This document shows positions 27,410-41,210 of a DNA stretch of 64,000 nucleotides, one piece after another (the stretch's first letter is position 1; every line of letters begins with the position of its first letter). The stretch lies in NCBI RefSeq assembly GCF_009914755.1, contig NC_060925.1. One strand, written 5' to 3'. This DNA comes from the human T2T-CHM13v2.0 reference genome, Homo sapiens. Below the pieces are notes generated by a model. That model had not been told where the DNA came from. It saw only the letters and a program-made list of their open reading frames with translations, and ran no database searches. The position numbers were made by a program, and so were the translations under genes.

Positions 27410-27610
27410 AATTAGCATTTGTTAAATTCCTAAATATGTGCCAGGAATAGTTCTGGTGCTTTAAAAAAAATCTCATTCAGTTATCATAACAAATATTTCT
27501 GAGCTAGAGTTCTTATTTCCATTTTGTGGTGGAAAAGACTAAGGCTTGGAGAGATTACATGATTTACCCAATTTCAAAAGTTAGTAAATGGTAAATTCAA
27601 ATTCTGAAAA
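27410..27610 (-). mobile_element. MIR
   Basis: tatgtgccaggaatagttctggtgcttt...ccattttgtggtggaaaagactaaggcttggagag. Confidence 0.7.
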
Positions 27611-27894
27611 GGTGCAGCCAGTCCCACCTGACCCATCGTCTTCCCAGTAGCATTGTCAGTAAACGAATAATGTAATTTATATTACCTAAGGTGTCCTAAA
27701 CAGAGCACCTTCTCTGGCAACCTTCTGAGACCACCACCCCCAGTGTCAGGGGTTATTGCCCTCAGAGACATGTCCAGGAATATTAGTTTTTCCTTTGCAC
27801 TTCTCTAGGCTTCTTTCCCACTTGGATGCTCTACAGATTCCTACACCACATTTGCTCATCCATTTAAAGTGCTATATACTGACTATTTTCTAAT

Positions 27895-28100
27895 GGTTTT
27901 AGGGTTTTGAATCCTTGCTATTACACTTACTCGAAAAATTACTAAATCCATTTGCACCTCAACTTCCTCATGTGTAAACTGGGATAATAACACACCTTTT
28001 GAGGATTCTCGAAATGATTAGCTGAGAAAATGAAATCCATAAAGCTATTAGTTCAGTCGCTGGCACTTGAAAGTTTTCAGTAAGTGACTACTGCTGCCAT
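27895..28100 (+). mobile_element. MIR
   Basis: gcacctcaacttcctcatgtgtaaactgggataataac. Confidence 0.7.
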
Positions 28101-29006
28101 TATTAGATCCTTTGCAGGTACAGAGACAGCTTTTATAGTCAGAGGGAATTCATTTTGTCTCCTAGTTTGCCTAAGAATAAGTGATCCATCTTTATTTATT
28201 CTACTGATTGTGATCTGACATAGTCTTGGACCTAGTTATTATTAATTTTAGCATATGTTAATAAGAAAATAATTATAAAATATCCTGTTCTGAATTTCAT
28301 TTCAAGATAATGTGAATATAGCAATACATGATCAAATATCTATTTTCTAAATTGAGATTTTAAAAATTCCCAAACTTCATCCCCTGAGTTGAATTCACTA
28401 GAATGAAATAAATGAAGACAATGTTCACTAAGCTTCTAAAGAATCCACATGTTAATTGGATCAGTTTGCCCAAAGACTATTTTTGCCTTTAGGATTTATT
28501 ATTCTGAATTAAGTCATTATATGGTTGAGTGATTATGTAAAAAATCATATTATTTATACAATGATATGTGAAGAGGATTACTATAATGCAAGAGGTTAAA
28601 AACATAGAAGCACCAAGCCCTCATGTATATAGAAAACTCATGCTAAGGCCAGAAGAAGCAGAAGGAGAGTCAGAAGAAATATACCAAAGTGGTAAACATG
28701 TATGCTGTGCTATGTGTGCCCACATAATACATAGGAAATGCTAAATTGGTATCGATTTCTGAAAATAAAAATGCCTGTTCTTTTTTCAAATTATGCAATC
28801 CTGATAAGCCTACTAGGCATATACATATATATCCTTTTAACTAATCACGTTATCATTTTTTTCCAACAAAGAATATAATAAATGAAAGTCACCTTCTGGG
28901 TGATTAGTGGCAGTTGACTTGGAGTTTCAGCCCTTCCTCAGGACTTTTTGGCATAGTAATAACATTGCAAAGTTGCTCACATTTTTCATACCCTTCCATT
29001 TTATCT

Positions 29007-29037
29007 TGTGTGTGTGTGTGTGTGTGTGTTTGTGTGT
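29007..29037. repeat. (TG)n microsatellite
   Basis: About 11 perfect units plus an interrupted tail. Confidence 0.95.
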
Positions 29038-32000
29038 CTTGTATGTGGAATATTCTTACAGCTAGTGACTTAATATGCTGATGAACACAGAGAGCTGGAT
29101 TTTTTTTGCAAACCAATATTTTTGTGCCATTTGATTATTTAGGTGATATTCAGCCTTTTCAAAGATTACTTAACTGTCGTGGTATCACTACAGAGGAAGA
29201 AAGGAAATTCTGTAGTTAGTTTAGGAGAAAACGTAACGTAAAACAATTCTTCAAGGAACCTAGCAATGCAATAAAGTATCTAGATAATCTTTTAGAATAT
29301 CAGAGCCTGGGGTATGCTAATGAAATCATGGGAGAAGAAAAAAGCTCCAGTTCTCACTCACATTAAAAGTGCTCTCTTTTACACAAGACACAATTCATAA
29401 AATCTTTTTATATCAGCAGGGAACTCATCTATCTGTATATACATGGAGGCAGGCAGCTGTTAACAGCATAGCATGACACTGCTGAACAGTTCAGGATGCA
29501 GGATAAGGAATATCATTCTATCATTCCCAACTGAAACAACATCAGAAAATGTAGACAGGCTAAATAGAATTATCCAAAATGGAGCCTGTCTGAAATTCCA
29601 AGTCTCCCAGAGACAAAAGTACTATTCACCTCTTCTTCCTTTCTATGGCTGAAATTCATTTGCATCCACTGACATCCTTTAAATTATTACCCTCCTGGGA
29701 AAGTCTGCAACCCTTGTAGAACACTTATAAACATTCAGTTGTTTCTGATCAGACCTGTGTTGTTTGTAGTTCTCCTGACTCATATTTTAGTATCTTAGGA
29801 AGGAAAATTTAGTGCCACAAATGTTTACCATCTATATTCTCTTGGTTTCTGAGACTTCCCATGGCAATTAAAAAAATTTAGATATTACACCTTTTGCTTC
29901 AAAGGTCATAATTCCAGAAGTATGACTCTTATCTGACCTTTTAGAATGATAAATCTAAGAAATTTTTGTGTTCCAGAGAATGAATACACAAAATGGGAAC
30001 TAGTGAGTTCCAAAGCTTCTGCTATAGAATAATTGATGGTTTTCTCCAAATATTTGTTAAAATTTTAATATAATAAATACTAGGATTTTTTAAAGTAAAC
30101 TTTTTTAGCAATAAGAATTTAGCACTTCCAAAGCAGCCACATGGTCTGTTGCCCAGGACTCCCTTAAAAATTGCTTTGCTGAGGCTGTTCAACATCTGTC
30201 AGCATTTTCTGCATAAACCATTGGCTCAAAAAAATTCTTCAGGCTGAAACTTGATATATCAGGTCTCAGCTTAGCAGTTTTTATGTGTTTTCAGGAAAAT
30301 AAGTTTGGATGTTTTCAAGTTAGTGCTAGAGGAGAAACACATTCTAATACACCATTTCAAGACACCCTTTTATTTTATACATGGGTGAAAGGAAAACAGA
30401 CTTCTACCCAACTAAAATGGACAGAAAATATCTAAACAATTGTTGTGAAGTTTTCTTCACACTGTATTGCTAAACAGGATGTCTTTATTGGAGCTATGTG
30501 ACTACATTCTTCATAGAATGGCATATGGAACTCTGCCCAGCTTTAATGCCAGAGGTCAGAATGTGCCCACCTCCTGGCAGCTGAGGATGAATGGCTTAAG
30601 TGACAAATTCCGATCCGTCAGCTTCCCAGATCATTGAACAGCCAAAGGAGACTAATACAATAAACAACAGTTTGCCAAAAGGCATCATGATCCACTGGTG
30701 GATTGTGGTTTTACACAGCTTCAACATACATTATCCTGACGTCTAAAATTACATCTCAGAGTACAGCTGTGTGTGTAATACTGGACTTCATTCCACTGGA
30801 TGATCCCATGTTGTCCACTTACAACAGGAATGCACTTTTGAACCTAGAGCTGTCACTACAAATCTCACTGTGAGTGTTAAGAATTCATGAAGAAATTCCA
30901 ATTTATTGATTTGCAAGGATTTGCCTATGAAGGTAGAGAGATTGTATCTTAAAATTGCCATTCCATTAAAGGCTAAAAAAGTCATTTCAATGACTAAAGT
31001 TCTTATATCTTTTAGTTGACTATTTGTAAAGTGAACTTTTTTTTTCTTTTTATATGAGTGTTAACTGGAAATAGGCAAGGAATGAGCAGGACTTTAACAT
31101 TCTAGTCCTCTGTGTCAGCTGTCTGTGTTACAGAATTTATTTGAACTATAGAGTCCCTAAATCACTACAGCATAAGCCTCAGGGAAAATAAAAACTCAAA
31201 AATGTATAAACAAACTATACTAAAATTGAGCTACTGAGCACCTTAGTATACTTGCTTCCCTTTAGTTAACGTATTTTCACCAACAAGGGTGTGTCTTTCA
31301 AGGCTATCTGGAGTATACCTGTGGTTTTAGAAATACCAAGTGACTCACCTCCAGTAGTTACAGTGGTAAGGAAAAAGTTGTTACCTCTTTCCTTTGGTGA
31401 TTCTGGTGCACATTTGGAAGATACAGCTCAAAGCAATCAATACCCTGGGCCTCTGGCTTCTAATATATTAATGTCTGCTCTCTGGAAGACCCATATGCAC
31501 CACCTGCCCTCTGAATCCTGAGTGATCCAGATCCTTTGGAGGACTTAAGTAAATAAAAATTAAGAGCAAAACAAATGGTCTTGAAAATCCTTTCCAATAG
31601 ACACAAGCAAACACAATAGGGATCTGATCATTTCACTTTCCTAAATTTTCTGTTTCCCCATTCAGCACAGTGGAGGAGGACCTCTGAGATTACTCTTCTT
31701 TTTCAAATCCCCACCTCAAGGTATTCTCCTCACACTTCCGCCACCCACATACACCCCTGATGCTCCATCCACCAAGCAGCCATATCCACAGGCCACAGGT
31801 GCACCATCCTCTGCCCTGTTTCTGCACCTTTGCATGTGTAGTTCCTCCTGCCTGCAAGATGCTGTCATTTATTCTATACCGGATGAACATCTTCCTACCC
31901 ATCAAAACCCAGATCACTCTCTGATACATTCTTTCTGCATTCCATGGAATATATAGATTTGACTGTTACTGGTTTATAATCAAATTTGTCATCTTTCTTC

Positions 32001-32772
32001 ACAATAGTCCTAAGGTTTATGCCAGTCTTGTCCCTGTCTCACTAATAATGAAATTAAGATTTGTAGATATAAAATAATATGACACATATTAAAAGCACTC
32101 AGAAAGCTAAGGGTTTTTCTTCAGAGCTTTTATTCATTTTTGTATCTAATGTTGAAAACAAGTAAAAATATATACAGAAGAGCCCCTAGCTGAAATGTAT
32201 TCATATGGCCCCCTGACCTAATCACAGATTCTTCTATTTCAACAGAACTTTCTTCCTCACAGATATAAGAAAATGTCCCACTTTTCCTGATTGATTTGTG
32301 CTTATTGATTACTGAACTTAGAGCTCGGAAACTTGAATTTTCATTTTATGAACGCTCTCAATTTATTGTATGGCCTTGGAAAAATTATGAAACCTTTTTG
32401 ACTCTTAGCTTTTGAAAAAGCAAATAATAAGTCTACTTATATCATGAAGCTGGTCTAAAGTTCAAAACAAACTATATAAGTGAAACAACTTGAAAACTGT
32501 ATGCCTCTACATTCATACAAAGTATATATTCATATTTATATGACTAGTGTACAGTATTATTATCAGTATCAAAGAAAACTAAAAGTCTACAGTATATGGA
32601 GCCCAAATAAAATTTGGCCAAAAAGAGTGCTTAGGATGTAAACTGCTTTCAGTTTCAACCTTTGATTCCACTTACTCGTGGTTCACGGAGAGCTTTGTAA
32701 GGATCAGTAACTTCTCCGAAATAGGTAATAATAGTGCTAACTGGGAGGTATTTAGGACATAAAGGTGTTGGG

Positions 32773-32838
<66 letters not shown>
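32773..32838. repeat. Compound microsatellite (GT)12(GA)21
   Basis: Direct reading. Confidence 0.97.
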
Positions 32839-32842
<4 letters not shown>

Positions 32843-32892
32843 AGACATTTTTGCTAAAGAATATCTGAAGAAAAAAAAGGCCAAGGACAAAA

Positions 32893-33213
32893 TGTTGTAG
32901 AAAAAACCGGGTTCTTGAGTTCTTGTCTCTTGACCAGGAAGAGTTAGTCACGCAGACACTCTGAAGGATGAGAGAGAACAGAATTTATTGGGAGAAAAGG
33001 AAAAAATTCTCAGCAAAGTGAGAGGGGTTCCTGTTAACAGGCCCCCATTTCACAGATTGAATCCTGGTTTATCACACAGAAATAGGAGAGGCCAGGCTCC
33101 TCCCCACTGCAAATAGCACCAACTTCCCAAGGCTGCACCCTGTCCTCTCAGTGCTCAGGCTGGTGGGAGATTCTCTGGGGACTTTCCCCCTTATCTTCCT
33201 CCTGCTTCTATCA
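32893..33213 (-). mobile_element. ERV1 solo LTR (MER66-like)
   Basis: TG...CA ends (tgttgtagaaaaaaccgggttctt ... cctcctgcttctatca). Minus-strand AATAAA (tttatt near 32985). Confidence 0.75.
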
Positions 33214-33479
33214 CAATGAGAAATCTCAAATCTTTATTATTCTAACCTGTAATAAGTCCACAAAGACATGTAGAGTTTGATTTCTAGTGGTTTTTTTTAG
33301 ACTGGCTATCTTGACTTCAAAATATCTAGGAATATTAAGGACAATGTGACAATTGCTCTTTTAAATTCCTGACTGAGCACACAGGAGGATGAGAAATTCC
33401 TGGGTAAGAAAATAAAAAGGGAGCTGGAAAGCAGAGGGCCTATGGTGAAGCCACAGCTGTCCTTGGGGCATTTGCTATC

Positions 33480-35000
33480 ACTGCACACAAGAGCTTTGGA
33501 TGTACTTAGACATATGGAGATAGGAGAAAATACTTCAGCCCGAAAAAATTGGGGAATTGGAACCAAGACCCCTACAGTAAGCCAGGACACTTAAAAAGCT
33601 ACACCTTCAGTGAAAATGGTGAATCAAGAAAAATCCGCTTGCCGTTAAAAGGAGAAAATGAGGAAAGTTATTTGTCTCGGCTTGCACTGTGAATGGAAGG
33701 AGAGAAAAGTCTTTGAGAATCCATTTGTATAGGTTCCTCATTCTGTAATTTGAGATTCAAATATGTATCACTTACATGCGCAAGCAGAACCAAAGCTGAG
33801 AAATTAAAGTGGACCAAAGTTGGAAGCAGTTCTGGGAGCCTGTAGAAACATAAATACTCTCTGGAGCAACACACCCTCAAATCAGATCTAATAGAAGCCC
33901 AGCTAAACTTGAATACACAATCCAACATTTAAAAGGACACACACACACACACAAAGCCATCATGAGTAAGTCAAGAGAATAACAAACAGTAGGAAAGATT
34001 TTGGACTATATTTAAAAAATTTAAAGAAATAAAAGAGCAAATGACAAATTTGAGAAAGGAACACTTTCTAAAGACAAGTCATATTTTTAAAATAGCCAAA
34101 TAGAACTTGAAAAATGAAGTGCAGTTATTGAAATTAAAATTTTATGAATAGATTAAACAGCTGGAGAGAGACTACATAAAATAGGTTCTACACAGTGGTG
34201 TGCTGATAGATGTTTAATAAGTAGCTGTCCAGGATGGGGGAAAGCCCTGTTCTGTAGCATTTGCTAATTTCCATGGTGTGAATGCTCCCACCATTGGTAG
34301 TCAATTTTAAGCTACCAATGTGACGTAGTGAACTGGAAAGAGACGTGTACAGTTGGTTCTCATGAGCTGGTATAAACCAGCTCCTATACACGATTGGATA
34401 TATAACTGAATAAATTACCTAGAATGTAACACAGAAAGATGGAAAGATAGGAATGTATATAGGACACGAAGGACAGGCTGTGAAGATCTAATATATGTTT
34501 AATCATCATTCTAGAGGAGAATAGGAGAATGACTAAAATGTTTCCAGAACTGATGAAAGTCATGAATTCTAAGATCTAGGAAGAACACAGATAACATCCA
34601 GACATACATTATAATGAAATTGCAGAGCACCAAAGCCAAAGAGATAACCATAAAAGCATCCAGAGAAAAAATATATCAACTACTAAAGAACAACAGTTCA
34701 GACTTCTTAAGAGCAAAAGTGGAAACCAGAAATAATGGAATCATCTTCAAAGTACAGAGGGAAACACTGCCAAGCTACAGCTGAATACCTAGTTAAAGGA
34801 TTATTTTAAAGTGAGGCCTAATAAAGACACTTTCAGGCAGCAAAAACAGTTTGCCATCAAAGATAAAAGGAACGAAACGAAAAAATGTACTTTAGGAAGA
34901 AGGAAAATGATCCAGAAGGAACATGGACAAAGAAGTGGGTAAACATTTAGGTAAATCTAAGCCAATATTAAAACAACAAGAATAATAGTAATGTATGGTG
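33480..35000 (+). mobile_element. Ancient L1/HAL1 5' region and ORF1 relic
   Basis: agacatacattataatgaaattgcagagcaccaaagccaaagag...agacttcttaagagcaaaagtggaaaccagaaataatggaatcatcttcaaagtac. Confidence 0.7.
34193..34396. mobile_element. MER63A-like hAT element inserted in the L1 relic
   Basis: cagtggtgtgctgatagatgtttaa ... ggttctcatgagctggtataaaccagctcc...cacgattg. Confidence 0.75.
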
Positions 35001-35509
35001 ATTAAAAGCCATCTGAACAGTTTTATTTTCTCACAAATACTAAACAGCACTTAATTTAATTACATTGCCATGTAGAAGTTTTAACCATATTTTGTTCATT
35101 TTTGACTTATAAAACAATCAGGAAAAAACAGTAAACATTGTTATATAAGATTTACTTATTTTAATCCAAGTTACACTTTGCTAAACATACTGAAAATTTG
35201 ACGGGGTTTTAAATTTGTAATGAAAGAGCCATAGACTCCTCAGAATTTTTTTTTTAATTGTGTTGATCTTGCACATTCTATTATGATTCCAGGTCATTAC
35301 CTAAGCAAGGATTTCCAATTTAGGCTGAGCTGGGAAAGACATTATTATATTAAAGTTTATGGTTATGAAAACTGTACCCCCACAACACTGGAAGTACAGG
35401 ACCTTTGTTTCTCTCCACCCACATGCTGGTGACTTTTTACCACTAGGAGAGTTATGTACTCACTGTGACTCACAGAAAAAGATAAGGTTACTTTATACTA
35501 TCTCTCAAT

Positions 35510-36500
35510 AAATGGAGCCAAGGATCCTTGGAGAAATTCCAGGACTGGGGCAGAGAAAGTACAAGATGAGCCTGGAATGTCTCATGATGCTAGAAAGTAA
35601 GGAAGTGCTCAAAACCTTATGGGGATATATGTGAAAAAGATACAAGAGGCAAATTACAGGAGGCTCCCAATGACTAAATCTGGGACAATTTCAGAAATAA
35701 AATAATGACAGTAATGGATTATAATCCATAGAATAAAATAAGAATCCATACTTACATAAATAAACAGTTGAATGAGTAATTATATGAAGGAGAAGGGAAA
35801 GCTGTTCCTCATAATTAATTAATTTAGAAGAGAAGATCAAAATTTAAAAATCACCATTTGCAAAACATCACAGTAATAGTTTCTCTTAAGAATCATCAAT
35901 GGATGTTAAAATGAGTAGGTAAAAGTATGATGAGAAACAGGATATTCACATAGCCTCAAATATCACCCGCAAGATACTTATTAATTTCAAAGGAGAAAAA
36001 ATAGAAACTTTACAGTGGAGAAACCTGGAAGACACCATCTTAACCAAATGATCAAAGTTAACATCACTAGTAATGAGACAGATCGACATCACATGTCTCC
36101 TGATGTAATGCACTGAGAAAGACACACCATTTATGTGGCGTGTTTTTGCTAAAAATGCACAACCTGAAATTAATAACGAGGAAACATCAAATTGAAGGAC
36201 ACTGTACAAAATAACTGGTCAATACTGTACAAAATTATTAGGGTCATAAAAGATGAAAAAAGACTGAGGTATTGCTCCAAATTAAAGGAGACTAAAGAGG
36301 CATAACTAAATGTAATACATGATTGAGGATTAGATCCTGGGTCATAGTATTACAATGTCAATTTCCTTATCTTGATCATTGTTGTGTAGTTTTGTAAGAT
36401 ACTAACATTCGAAGAATCTGGGTGAAGGATGTACAGGAATTCTTTGTATTAATTTTCAACCTTTTAATAAGACAAATTATTTCAAGATGAAAATTATTTT
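35510..36500 (+). mobile_element. L1MC-type 3' end
   Basis: ggagccaaggatccttggagaaa...tagaaagtaaggaagtgctcaaaa...tttacagtggagaaacctggaagacaccatcttaaccaaatgatcaaagttaacatcac. Confidence 0.85.
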
Positions 36501-37819
36501 ACAAATCAAAGATAGTGTTAATGATAGCTTCCTTAGACCTCTCCATCCTCCCATATTCTAAGAAAGGCCATTTATATGTTACCTCCAGTTCTGTCCACAG
36601 ACATCAATGCATGGCTTCAGGAAAAGTGGGCCAAGTGCAATGCTGAACAGGAAGGAAACAGTTTGAGTCTGAAGCACAAGGTTCCTACTGTGCTGAATCA
36701 GTGTGGTAGAGGCTATTAAAATGCCATCTTTTCCTACCTCCCACTCCTCTCCTTCTTCTGCCTTCATACCCTACATCCCAGACCGCTTTTAATCCTATTG
36801 GGAGGGTATACAGAGAGAAATAAAGAAAAAATAATAATGAATGGCTGTGTTCTTTGGCACATGAATAGCAGTTTCCCTTTCGGGACTTCAAGAATAAAAA
36901 ATGAGAGGCTTTAAATCTTGCTAACTTGTGCAAGAATGTGCGCGTGTGTATATGTGTGTGTGCGTAGGTAAAAATGTAAATGACCACTATGGAAAGAACA
37001 ATGCTAGCTTTTAAAATCTACTAAAGTAAAAGAAATAATTATTCCTGAATAAGGTATGTCAAACACCAGTGGGAAGAAAGAAGAGCGGGTTATTTTGTTT
37101 AGAGCTGGATGAATTAGGAAAATCCCTTTTTACAGCTAACTCAGAGATGAGCTGTTGTTGCCAAGATGTGGTTTATCAAACATCTAGGCTATCTCACAGG
37201 ATGTGAGTTGGTTTAGCTTTGTAAAATAGCTCTATTTTTATTTTAGCCAAATCTCTACAAGACTCTCAGTCAGCTCCCTCCCCCACCAGAATGAAACAGC
37301 AACAACAGCAGTGAAACCTGACTGAAACAGCAGAGTAAATGTTGGCCAGAAGCCTGCTGTGATCCAGCCTGGCTTTTAGAAGGAGTCTCTCTCAGTTTGA
37401 TTCATTGCTTCTCACAAGCCAGCTCCAGACTGCTTTTCTTGAGATAAAATAAGTTGTAGAAGTATAAAGGGAATGTTGCCACTGGTAATTCTTTTTACTT
37501 AAGATAATAAAAAGCACATAAAATTTCCATGCTCATATTTGACTCCTTTCCGGGTCTCCCTTCCTGATTCTAACACACTGTGGAAATGGTGCAAGGAAAA
37601 AAAAAGCCACAGACAGAGTAGTCGGTATGATTTCAGACCACATGACTCATTACTTGTGCTTCTTTCTGGAGCAGTCTGTTTTCTGTGAGCTGGCTTCACT
37701 CTGGTTAATCACTTAGCATGGTGAGATTTCACCTGGTTGCCCCTCTGGTGGCTCAGACGGGGCCTGGGGCATCACTGAATTTATACTGAAAATCAGATGG
37801 GCATCTGAACAACTCCCAC

Positions 37820-37822
<3 letters not shown>

Positions 37823-37868
<46 letters not shown>
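37823..37868. repeat. (AC)23 microsatellite
   Basis: Perfect run. Confidence 0.97.
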
Positions 37869-37870
<2 letters not shown>

Positions 37871-38949
37871 TTAATCAGCATCAAGTAGTGCAGTTTCCTT
37901 TCTAAGTGATGGGAGCTGCTGGCTGTTGTTTTTGGCTTGAGGCCGCATAGACCAGCCAGCCGTTGTGTAAGCATGGTCTGTCTGAATTGCTTTGGGGCTG
38001 TCTTCTTAGAAATCTTCTTGCTGTTCATTATTTTGCCAGCAAGCCATAACTATTACTTTTTTTTTAGATTCCTCAATCTATGTTTTCTCTACTGTAAGAT
38101 AGTAAAATGTAGAGAATCAGGGAGCCCTATAAATCTTGAAGATTTTTTTTGTCTTAATTTCTTTAATTTGAGATTGGCATTTAAAACCATTGTAGAACTT
38201 GTGAACTTGCTAAGTTTAAACTACAATTTGGAGTAGGGAGTAATAACCAAACTGTTCTTCTCATGTTGTTTTAAAAGCTTCTGGTGTATATGCCTTTTTA
38301 TTTTTTACTCATCATACAGTCTATTCAGAAAAATAAAATAAAAAAAACCTTAAGTAGCTCTTGGCAGAAGGTCAAAACCAGCATTTCAGGGAAGGTATTT
38401 AAAAGTCTTTTAAGTGTGGGCTATTTGTATAAGCAATATCTGCACGTTTCTTATGACTGGGAAGGACTATTTTCACAGTCTTTCATGGAAATATTTCTAG
38501 ACAATTTTCTGCGGCTCTTTTCCCTGAGCTCATTTATTTGCTTTTGCTTCAGAACACAGCATTTTAATGAGCAGTTTTATGAGCCTAACCTGCGTTCTGC
38601 AAGCTCCACATGACTGGATTCCTGTTGCACATAACCTTTGCCCTATTTTCCATTAAAACACAAGACTTTCCTATAATCAACTGTATACTATGACCTTGGA
38701 GGAAAAAAATGCAACAGATAGTTTAGTCTACTATTTAGTCTACTTTAGCACACTAAAATTGATTTTTTTAAAAAAATTAGTTGTTTCCTTATAATTTTTA
38801 AAAGTGTACATATTAGTATTTTCATCACAAATTTATTTTGTAAGATGCCTAATTCAATATTACCATATCCCTCTGGGTAAATAACTCATTTAGCTATCTT
38901 TATAATCCACTGAGGGATGTACAAAGGTAAGATGAACCCCAAATCATTT

Positions 38950-39530
38950 TGGAATTATGAACATTCAAAACAAAATAAAATGCAAAGTTTTCTATCTCCA
39001 CTTGGTCTTACATATAATAATAGGTGTCAGGAAGTTCCTTCTTATAGCAAAGCTAAATCATCATCTGATGCATTTTGACTCCTCTTTGTGCTTTAATTCA
39101 AATGTAAAACAACTATTTTTCACTTTATAGATAGTATCCTACTATTTTTATATAGAATAACTTTCTCTTGTATACCCTGAGACATCCAAATTTGTTTACT
39201 TTTTCCTCCAGGTTTTACTTCCAGTATTTTAATCCGTTTTCTTAATATCTGCTAAATATTCAAGCTCTCCCTTTCATTTGAGCAGTAGAGCCTCAGGCAA
39301 AATGCAGAGCCCCTGCAAGGGTCTAACAAGTGCTAAGAACAATGGAGCTATTGTTGTGTAACACACCCAGCTCCCCTCTGGATCATGCATTCCAGCCATG
39401 TTTGCCTTTTAAAACTACACTATGGATTTAAGGTAGTCTGCGGTTGCTTGTAACACCTTTGCTCTTTTTCTGCCCTGCTTACTTTAGCCAATCTGTCCTC
39501 ATCTTATAATTCTGTTTACATTTTCTTCTT
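38950..39530 (-). mobile_element. L3/CR1 ORF2 relic
   Basis: ggaagttccttcttatagcaaagctaaatc; gggtctaacaagtgctaagaacaatggagctat; tagccaatctgtcctcatcttataatt. Confidence 0.6.
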
Positions 39531-39534
39531 AGGA

Positions 39535-39850
39535 CAAGGAAGGCACTCTTTAAAACAGAGTGCAGTAAGTTTAGGGCAAATGAAAGGAAATCTACTTCAC
39601 ATAGCAGGTTATAAACTTGTGGAACTCATTAGTCCCAAAAGGTGGGACTGGCAGGAAATGTAAATGAATTCAGAAATCTTTTAGCCAGATTTATGAATGA
39701 GAGCCACAAATGGCTACTAAGAAAACTGGGGCTATACCTGACTTTTACAACAGAAGTCAGAGAACAGCTTTGAGCTCCCGCACAGGATGACTCTTGAGAC
39801 TTATTGGGGTGGCTGACCTTGGGTCTGGCCCACTATGGGATTTCCTGAGC
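39535..39850 (+). mobile_element. CR1-clade LINE ORF2 C-terminus and 3'UTR
   Basis: With frameshifts reads KFRANERK.YFT*QVINLWNSL..AGNVNEFRNLLARFMNE, matching the CR1 ORF2 terminal motif (FTQRVINLWNSLP...FKxxLDxFM). Confidence 0.75.
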
Positions 39851-40237
39851 ATCCTGTGTCCCTTCTGCACTTGTTCTCGTTTCACTGGGTCTCAGAAAGA
39901 ACCAGTAAGGCTTATGTGGGAGGGGCAACTTTCTTTTTAAAGTAGAGACTAGAAGAAAGCTTCGTAACTTCTCCTTTCCCGTTCAACCATTTGCCTACCT
40001 TAGTGCCAATTATGACGGTCAGGGAATGGTGATGTCTGTCTAGTAGAAACTAGCTGAGATCACATTTGAATGTTAAAACATAGATACTTTCTTTTACGCT
40101 AAGTCAGACACTTCTTTTTCCTGGGAATTTTCAGGCCTGAGACCATAAATAGCATTTTTATTTCATCCTGTACTCTATCCTCAGTAGAACCTTCAATCAC
40201 TTAACTCCCCTGCTTTTCCCAGACTTATATCTCTTTA

Positions 40238-40395
40238 CTGCAGGGTTCTCAAACTGGAGTACTTAAAAAATGCAAATGCTCCTGGCTTCACCCCAGACCA
40301 ATTAAATCATAATATTTGAGGGTGGAGCCCAGGTATCAATAGTCTTTAAAGCCATCCCAGGTAATTCTCCCAGCAGCCAAGTTGAGAGTCTTGAC
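40238..40395. mobile_element. MER5A
   Basis: cagggttctcaaact...aatgcaaatgctcctggcttcaccccagaccaattaaatca...gcagccaagttgaga. Confidence 0.8.
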
Positions 40396-40874
40396 CTGAC
40401 AAGTAGTGTTAGGTTCTCTCCTTACCCTGAGCTCCCTGTTTGGCATCTCAGTGTTGTCTGTGACATCATTCTGCAATAGCCACCTCTCTATGTTAAATGT
40501 TTATTAGTGATTATGGTGAAGCTTTCTACACAAGTCATCAGTGCTAGGTCTTTATGCTTTTTCTGTCCTTCCAACCGTGAACGCTTAGTAAAAGAAAACT
40601 TGCTGCAAAATCTGGACCATTGCAAATACCCAACACTTATAAGACCCTGCCCTCCTTTCACTCACCTCTTTGTTGACTAGCCAATCACCTGCTCCAAAAA
40701 TGATCTTCCATCACATCTGTCCCTCACTTTTCCTGTAGGCAAGAATGTCACCTCTTAAGAGAATACAGAAGCCAACCAGAAGAAGCTGCCCAATACCTTT
40801 ATCTTTACCTCAGCTGAGCATTCTTCCACCATTCTCTTCTTATTCTTCCTTTAAATTGTTAAAAAGAAAAATTC

Positions 40875-41210
40875 CACTTTCACTTATTAAATATGATTGA
40901 GTACCAACTGTGTGTAATACATTAAAATACAGGGGAGAAGACCTATTAGAAAGCAATTAACAATAATACATGAAAAGAATATAAAGCCTTAACGATAAGA
41001 AATGTTTAATAAGCTATGAGTGTCTAGGAAAGAGGGATCATTTGGGCCAGGTCTTGAATAATGAAAAGATTTTAGCAATCAAATATCAGGCAAAAGGGCA
41101 TTCAGATTCAAAGGGGCAACATGGCTAAAGGCACCAGGTCGTGATGTGCATGGTTTGATTTGGGAATAGCAAAAGGTCTGGTATAACTGGAATATGGCAT
41201 GAAAGGTGAA
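40875..41210 (-). mobile_element. L2 fragment
   Basis: cacttattaaatatgattgagtaccaactgtgtg...gggcattcagattcaaaggggcaacatggctaaaggc. Confidence 0.65.
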
